Source of the DNA: a bacterium
Lineage (GTDB): Bacteria > Bacteroidota > Bacteroidia > Bacteroidales > FEN-979
Direction: 5' to 3'
DNA length: 55,953 nt
Assembly (NCBI GenBank): GCA_043806735.1
Contig: JAZDGR010000120.1
Location: 1 to 55,953, forward strand
A program made the translations under genes and the position numbers. Shown one piece after another: positions 49,998 through 55,953 of the stretch; within the stretch, counting starts at the first letter, position 1; each line of letters begins with the position of its first letter. A model generated the notes under the pieces. That model made no database searches. It was not told the DNA's origin and worked only from the letters and a program-made list of their open reading frames with translations.

Positions 49998-51536
49998 ATG
50001 CAAAGGTTCCGGTTTTCATTCATTTTGTTGATAAGCTGTATGTTCGGATTAAATTCCGGGTGTTCATCCCAGAACAGGGATACATCCCCTCCCAAAGAGG
50101 ATCGTAAACCCGCTGCGGCGGGCAGGTTTTACCCGGCAAGCGCCGATGAGATCACCTCCCTTCTGGAGGAGTACTTCAGGGATGCCAAGCCCCGAAGTCA
50201 GAATCCCGCAATTGCCATCATCTCTCCGCATGCCGGTTACGTTTTTTCCGGGTTCGTGGCGGCAAACGCCTTCAACCAGGTTGATCCTGATAAACAGTAC
50301 GAGAATGTATTTGTACTGGCTTCGAGTCACCAGGTCGCTTTCATGGGAGCTTCCATCTACAACAAAGGGGACTATGTGACTCCACTGGGAAAGGTCCCGG
50401 TCAACATGGCACTGGCCGAAGATCTGATCCGGGAGAATCCTGTGTTCGTCTTTAATCCCGAAGCCGACAAGTACGAACACAGTCTGGAAGTACAGGTCCC
50501 GTTTCTCCAATTTCACCTGAAAAAGCCGTTTCAATTGGTGCCGATCGTCCTCGGAACGCAATCACCCGAGTCGTGCCGGAAAATTGCCACCGCCCTCAAG
50601 CCCTGGTTTAACGACCGGAATCTCTTTGTGATCAGCAGCGATTTTTCCCATTATCCCGGATACACCGATGCCGTGGCAGCCGACAAAGCCACCTGCGATG
50701 TCATCGCGCAAAACAATCCCGCAGATTTCCTGGAGTTCCTCGACAATTACAAAAAGAAGAGAGTGGACAACCTGGCGACCAACTGCTGCGGATGGACCTC
50801 TATTCTGACACTTCTCTACCTGACTTCCGGAAGTCAGGAATACACCTATACCCCCATCCTGTATCAGAATTCCGGCGATTCTAAATACGGTGACAAACAG
50901 CAGGTGGTCGGATACTGGGCCATTGCAGTGAATCAAAACAAATCCGCTTCCGGAGCTCAGTCAGAATTTAATTTCCCGGATGCCGATAAAGCAGCGCTGC
51001 TGTCTATTGCCCGGAAAACCATCAACTCGTACATCCGGGAACGAAAGATTCCGGAGGTGGACACGACAGGTTTTTCCGACAACCTGAAGCTCCATGCCGG
51101 AGCATTTGTCACCCTTAAAAAGAACGGGCAGTTGCGAGGTTGCATCGGACGGTTTACTGCGGAAATCCCGCTTTACCAGGTCATCCAGGAGATGGCTGTT
51201 GCCAGTTCGGCGCAGGATACCCGGTTTGAACCCGTTTCGGCCGGGGAGATCGACAAACTGGAAATCGAGATCTCGGTACTTTCTCCGATGAAAAAGATCA
51301 AAAGCATCGACGAGATCGAGCTGGGCCGTCACGGGATTTACATCAAAAATGGGTGGTCCTCCGGAACTTTCCTTCCCCAGGTGGCCACAGAAACCGGCTG
51401 GACGAAAGAGGAGTTCCTGGGTCATTGCGCGCGGGATAAAGCCGGGATCGGGTGGGACGGCTGGAAAACCGCCGATATCTTCACTTACAAAGCCCTGGTT
51501 TTTTCGGAGTCAGACCTCAGCGGCCACAAAGATTGA
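49998..51536 (+). CDS. amrB: Fused AmmeMemoRadiSam protein B (Memo) and protein A (AMMECR1), with lipoprotein-like signal
   Basis: RKPAAAGRFYP, SPHAGY, EHSLEVQVPF, SSDFSHY, then GAFVTL...LRGCIG, DTRF, EISVLS, GTFLPQVA. Confidence 0.92.
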   Translation: MQRFRFSFILLISCMFGLNSGCSSQNRDTSPPKEDRKPAAAGRFYPASADEITSLLEEYFRDAKPRSQNPAIAIISPHAGYVFSGFVAANAFNQVDPDKQYENVFVLASSHQVAFMGASIYNKGDYVTPLGKVPVNMALAEDLIRENPVFVFNPEADKYEHSLEVQVPFLQFHLKKPFQLVPIVLGTQSPESCRKIATALKPWFNDRNLFVISSDFSHYPGYTDAVAADKATCDVIAQNNPADFLEFLDNYKKKRVDNLATNCCGWTSILTLLYLTSGSQEYTYTPILYQNSGDSKYGDKQQVVGYWAIAVNQNKSASGAQSEFNFPDADKAALLSIARKTINSYIRERKIPEVDTTGFSDNLKLHAGAFVTLKKNGQLRGCIGRFTAEIPLYQVIQEMAVASSAQDTRFEPVSAGEIDKLEIEISVLSPMKKIKSIDEIELGRHGIYIKNGWSSGTFLPQVATETGWTKEEFLGHCARDKAGIGWDGWKTADIFTYKALVFSESDLSGHKD

Positions 51537-54456
51537 GGTAGGGACAATAAGTGCAACTGTCGGGATCACCGGTCTGCAGGAAAGGTTTCTCCCGGTCGTA
51601 AATATCTTGCAACAGGTCTTTCAAAACCCCTTCCATCCGGTCGAGGGTTGATCGGGTAAGTGTTTTCGTGGATTTTTCGTTTGTTTCCCCGGGTATGGAG
51701 ACTGTTAGTAAGCCCTGGCTTTGCTTTTGCAATGAGAGGATGCCGGCTTGCATAGTGACCTGTTGATGCTCTCCGGCCACCATCCAGGCATAGGTCAGAA
51801 GCTGAAAACCTTTATCGAGACCCGAGGTATCGACCAGGTCATCCCAGTCAGCAATCTGTAACTCTTTTGCATCTGCGCTTCCGGTTTTGTAGTCAATCAC
51901 CCGGGTAATGGATCCGGTTCGGTCGACCCGGTCGACAAATCCCTTGATTTTTACCTCCAGGTCACCCTCCTCAAACCGGATGCGGAGGGTTTTGTTGAGC
52001 GGTTGTTCCAGCAGGACAATAGTCAGTTTTTCTCCCTTCCCCGATAACTCCTCCACCAGTTGCTTTTCTTTCCGGAGAAATTTCCGGATCATGATCTTTG
52101 CTACCTGGACCAGCAGCAGGTTTTTCCCGTAAGCCAACCCATCGCCTTTGAACTTTTTTTCGAAGGCCTGATCTACAAGAGCATCAATTCGTGTCTCCAT
52201 TTCGATGAAGCCGGCCGGTCCGAGAGTTTTTCCCTTAAACGGGAGGTAGAGATTCCTCAGGGCTTCGTGAACAGCTTTCCCCAGGGTTTGCGGATCGATC
52301 GAATCCGCCACCTCTTCGGGTTCTTTGAGTCCGGCAATATCCGAATAATAGAATCGCAGCGGACAGGCGCGGTAAGCGTTCATGGCGGTAGGGGCAAATC
52401 CGTCGGAAGCTTTTTTGATGAGCTTTTCGAGCACCGCCCCCTGCTTCGGAATGGAGATGAACGGATAGCTGCTTCCCGTGCCGACCGGTGTATTCAGAAA
52501 CGATTCGTGCACGGTCGCATTCGGATTGTATTTCCTCAGTTCTTCCTGAAGCTGTTTAAGGTACCTGCTCGGTTCCCCTCCTCCGAGAGAATCGGACTCG
52601 GTATTGTAGAGCAACCACACCCGTTTGGCCCGCTGAAGCAGCCGGTAAAAATGGTAAGCATATATGGCATCTTTGTGCGTGTATGTCGGGAGATGGAAAT
52701 CACGCTTCACATCAAACGGGATGAATGACTGAACAGTGCGGCCCGAAGGCAGGATCCCTTCGTTACAGGAAAGCAGGATGATTTGTTCAAAATCGAGCGT
52801 TCGCGTTTCAAGCATGCCCATGATCTGCAACCCCTTCAATGGCTCGCCATAAAAGGGAAGAGAGGTGGTTTCCAACAGTTGCCGGAAGAATTTATAAAGG
52901 GAATCCCAGGTGAAAAATCCTCCCGAAGCGGAGAGAATATGCCGCAACTGATGAAGCATCCTCGCAAGAGCCCAGGCATATTCCAATTCAACGGGCGAAA
53001 CCTGTTCTTCCGGGTATCCTCCCTTTTCCTCAGGATCTTTACCCTTCCACAGATGCTCTTTCCGGATGGCGCCGGCGATGGCTTCTACCAGTTCCTGAAT
53101 CCGGTTGATCGCGGTTTCCGGCGATTCCCAGGGAGAGAAAACCGGTTCGAGGAAGCTGAGATTTGACTGGAACAGTCCTGGGTTCTCCTGATGCAGATCC
53201 TTCATCTGCAAAAACACCCGGGTCCCCTTCCGGATCTTTTCCACCAGCTCCCGCAAAGCAAACTGGTTCCCTTCCAAAGCGATAGCTGCCAGCCGGTTTA
53301 TATATGGGTGCTGTAACACCCTGACCACATCCCGGTAATAAAAACGGTCGGCAGAAGAGCTTCCCTTTTTCATCCGTTTGGCCCGCAGGTGAAGTCCAAA
53401 GACCAGGTCCAGCAAGTCGGCCAGGGGGGTCTGGCTCAGGGGAAGCCCCATGGTGATATTCAGGTCGGGAGGACGCCTTCCCTTTTCCTCACTGAGATCC
53501 GGGATTGAATTCAGGAGCGGTAGTAGCAACCTTTCGTCCGGTAAAACAATGGCGATGCGTTCATCGAGTGGCTGTGTTGCGGCCAGTCCCTGTACTAGTT
53601 CACCGCAGTACTTTACCTGCCCGATCACATCGGGAACTCCAATGATCTCGATCCCGACCGGATTCGTCTCAAGGTCTTTTGATTTCCATCTTCCGGCGCT
53701 TTCCGGCCATTTCCGGAACCAGTCGCGTAGGAATGTCCCTGCCTCCTGGGCTTTCTGGTCCACATAGTAGGCATCGGCATCCCACAATAATTCAGCGCGC
53801 CCCTCCCCTATCAGGTGTCCAATGATCTTTTCTTCGGCTGTCGTTAGCGCATTGAATCCGGCAAACACCAGGTGTTTCCAGGGAATCTCAACTTCTCCTT
53901 TCTGCAACCTCTCCCAGGCATGCCGGAAGATCAATCCCTGGGTTCCTTGGCCTTTCGCAAGCAATCGCACCTTGAGCTTCAGGTAATAGGAAAGCAGCGA
54001 ATGGTAAAACTTCAGGTAATTCTGCTGAAACTCTGTCAGCGGCTCTCGATCGGGATTCCAGACGGTCATCGCCCGCACCTCATCCAGGTAGGTAAACAAC
54101 TTCCCGGGATCGGCCAGGTACCGATCTACCTCATTGAAATCGGCCAACAGCTGGGCGCCCCAGTTTAGAAACTCATCAAACGGCCGGGCTTGTTCCCCTT
54201 CCACCTCCCGGTGCGCTTCATAAAGCTCCACAAGGCAGTGAACCTGTTCGGCCTCTTTTAATCCCGACAGGGAGGAGATAAAATCTTCGATGGAAAAAAC
54301 GGCCGGCGACCAGCTGGTGGCCGGCAGCAATTCCGCCAGGTACTTCCGGAAAAAGAGTCCGCCCCGCCGGTTCGGAAGAATGACCGCAACATCCGGAATC
54401 TGATCCCGGTAGTTGTCGTGAATATAAAGAGCGGTTTGATGGAGGAAAGGAGGCAT
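51517..54456 (-). CDS. PD-(D/E)XK nuclease family protein (AddB-like)
   Basis: LPNRRGG, GMLETRTLDF, CPLRFY, GFVDRVD..IDYKTG, terminal CTYCPY..LC Fe-S motif. Confidence 0.9.
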   Translation of the reverse strand: MPPFLHQTALYIHDNYRDQIPDVAVILPNRRGGLFFRKYLAELLPATSWSPAVFSIEDFISSLSGLKEAEQVHCLVELYEAHREVEGEQARPFDEFLNWGAQLLADFNEVDRYLADPGKLFTYLDEVRAMTVWNPDREPLTEFQQNYLKFYHSLLSYYLKLKVRLLAKGQGTQGLIFRHAWERLQKGEVEIPWKHLVFAGFNALTTAEEKIIGHLIGEGRAELLWDADAYYVDQKAQEAGTFLRDWFRKWPESAGRWKSKDLETNPVGIEIIGVPDVIGQVKYCGELVQGLAATQPLDERIAIVLPDERLLLPLLNSIPDLSEEKGRRPPDLNITMGLPLSQTPLADLLDLVFGLHLRAKRMKKGSSSADRFYYRDVVRVLQHPYINRLAAIALEGNQFALRELVEKIRKGTRVFLQMKDLHQENPGLFQSNLSFLEPVFSPWESPETAINRIQELVEAIAGAIRKEHLWKGKDPEEKGGYPEEQVSPVELEYAWALARMLHQLRHILSASGGFFTWDSLYKFFRQLLETTSLPFYGEPLKGLQIMGMLETRTLDFEQIILLSCNEGILPSGRTVQSFIPFDVKRDFHLPTYTHKDAIYAYHFYRLLQRAKRVWLLYNTESDSLGGGEPSRYLKQLQEELRKYNPNATVHESFLNTPVGTGSSYPFISIPKQGAVLEKLIKKASDGFAPTAMNAYRACPLRFYYSDIAGLKEPEEVADSIDPQTLGKAVHEALRNLYLPFKGKTLGPAGFIEMETRIDALVDQAFEKKFKGDGLAYGKNLLLVQVAKIMIRKFLRKEKQLVEELSGKGEKLTIVLLEQPLNKTLRIRFEEGDLEVKIKGFVDRVDRTGSITRVIDYKTGSADAKELQIADWDDLVDTSGLDKGFQLLTYAWMVAGEHQQVTMQAGILSLQKQSQGLLTVSIPGETNEKSTKTLTRSTLDRMEGVLKDLLQDIYDREKPFLQTGDPDSCTYCPYLNLCGR

Positions 54457-54554
54457 GGGGACTGCTGAAAAGACAAAGGTAGGAATTATGCAGTTTGATT
54501 TTATATTCACGCCAACACACGGTTTTTTCTTATCTTTATAAAAAATTTAATGCT

Positions 54555-55019
54555 ATGAAAAAAATTACGCTTTTAACTATGTGCCTGGCCATATTGCTGG
54601 GTGTTTCTTGCAAAAAGAAGGATGATCGTTATCCGTATGCTGATTTTAAAGTGAATGGGGTTCATAAAAAATACGAAAACTCGGACAATTTCAGCACAAG
54701 TTCATGTGGAGCTTCGACCTGGTGCGGACATTTTACTCAGCAAGGTTTAGTTTTTACAAAAAACTATTTTAAGATTGGAATCCCCGGCAATCCTGTCGTG
54801 GGTCAGACCTACAGCAGCGGGGAAACTGGTTTTGTTGTCCGTTACCGGAACGAGAACGAAACGGAGTATGAACTGACCGTGACTCCAATGACAGTGACCT
54901 TTAGCAAATGGGAGGGGTCGGGAGGTTGGGCAGAAGGGAACTTCTCCGGCTGGTTGAAATCAGCTGCAGGCGATAGTGTGCAGATTCAGGATGGATATTT
55001 CCAGAATCAGATACAGTAA
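54555..55019 (+). CDS. Hypothetical lipoprotein
   Basis: MKKITLL...GVSC-KKK lipobox. Confidence 0.75.
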   Translation: MKKITLLTMCLAILLGVSCKKKDDRYPYADFKVNGVHKKYENSDNFSTSSCGASTWCGHFTQQGLVFTKNYFKIGIPGNPVVGQTYSSGETGFVVRYRNENETEYELTVTPMTVTFSKWEGSGGWAEGNFSGWLKSAAGDSVQIQDGYFQNQIQ

Positions 55020-55066
55020 GTAAACTCGATGCAGCCAAGCTAGCATTAATCCTGTCGGAATCCATA

Positions 55067-55765
55067 TCAGGATTTAGGGGCATCGGGCGACGAAGCAGAG
55101 AACCACGTCTCTCCTGTATCCGGGAATCCGGTAATTGGGTGAGTGACCGCCAGCCGAAGGTAGAGATCGGTGAGTGAGAATTTTCCGGTTTCGGTGATCA
55201 GGGGAAATATCTCCGGACTGAGGATCTGGATCCCGTCAAAGGCAAACGGATTCAGGGAACCGGCTTCCCGGATGAGACGTCTTTCTCCTGTATTCCGGTT
55301 CTCCCATCCGCAGAGTTGCATCTCGTCGTTAAAAAGAAAATATCGTACACTCTCCCGTTTACGTATGGCAAGGGTCGCAAGAGACCGGTGGGCAAGTTGA
55401 TCCTGCAACATTCTGCCAATATCCAAGCTGGAAAGTACATCTACATTCCGGACGAGGAAAGGCTCCTGCCCTTCAAAAAACCAGGATGCTTTTTTCAGCC
55501 CGCCTCCCGTTTCAAGCACTGTATCCGATTCATCCGAAAAGAGGATATTCAATCCGAAATTCCCGTGCTTCTCAAGAAAATCCACGATCAATTCAGGGAA
55601 ATGATGCAGGTTGATAATAATATCCCGGATCCCATATCCAGCGACGTGCTCCAGTGCATGCTGCAAAAGTGGTTTGCCTTCCACCACCAGCAGCGCCTTG
55701 GGGATGGTGTTGGTGAGGGGGCGAAGACGGGTACCCAGACCGGCAGCAAGGATGAGGGCTTTCAT
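55067..55765 (-). CDS. Nucleotidyltransferase (MurU-like)
   Basis: MKALILAAGLGTRLRPLT..PKAL, LETGGGL, NVD. Confidence 0.88.
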   Translation of the reverse strand: MKALILAAGLGTRLRPLTNTIPKALLVVEGKPLLQHALEHVAGYGIRDIIINLHHFPELIVDFLEKHGNFGLNILFSDESDTVLETGGGLKKASWFFEGQEPFLVRNVDVLSSLDIGRMLQDQLAHRSLATLAIRKRESVRYFLFNDEMQLCGWENRNTGERRLIREAGSLNPFAFDGIQILSPEIFPLITETGKFSLTDLYLRLAVTHPITGFPDTGETWFSASSPDAPKS

Positions 55766-55775
55766 GGGGATAAAG

Positions 55776-55952
55776 TTAACCAAGGTTTTGATGGGCAAGA
55801 CGGATCTTTACGGGATACCTGTCCGAGAGGTATTTCGCAAGCAGTTCCGCACAGTAGACCGACCGGTGTTGTCCGCCGGTACAGCCAAAAGCGACAGTCA
55901 GATGGGTAAAATCACGTTGGATGTATGTTCGTATACTCTGTTCGACCAGGCT
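55776..55952 (-). CDS. RapZ C-terminal domain (partial; gene starts outside the window)
   Basis: Own translation [36 protein letters not shown]...; not in the supplied ORF track. Confidence 0.85.
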   Translation of the reverse strand, partial: SLVEQSIRTYIQRDFTHLTVAFGCTGGQHRSVYCAELLAKYLSDRYPVKIRLAHQNLG

Positions 55953-55953
55953 G

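Overview
A ~56-kb window from a Bacteroidota (probably Bacteroidales-like) genome, judged from T9SS C-terminal domains, TAnnTTTG promoters and lipoprotein signals. (1) 1-2120: decayed integron-like cassette region. A RelE/HigB-HigA toxin-antitoxin cassette has complementary core ends, is flanked by two group IIC-type intron remnants, and is followed by an internally deleted IS1182 copy. (2) 2.3-24.8 kb: core and surface genes (typA, a putative T9SS-exported HMA protein operon with a Crp/Fnr regulator, secreted proteins, capA, a patatin barrel, a Memo protein, osmC, sigma-70, an EEP nuclease, a four-helix-bundle gene in a 51-bp inverted tandem repeat, and a Tat-signal AmmeMemoRadiSam radical SAM). 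(3) ~24.85-47.8 kb: an accessory block with asnB, a two-component system, nhaD/DUF389, a long KamA-type radical SAM plus aminotransferase, a trehalose-phosphatase remnant, a TIR protein and an AT-rich AraC-USP-HPF-ClC module. It also holds the best candidate for an undescribed system: a tight operon of opine dehydrogenase, cobalamin-dependent enzyme, Cys1-less asparagine-synthetase-like ligase and MarC. (4) 47.8-56 kb: membrane-fused spermidine-synthase-like protein, Memo-AMMECR1 fusion, AddB-like nuclease, MurU-like nucleotidyltransferase and a RapZ C-terminus. All calls come from reading motifs by eye; no database searches were run.
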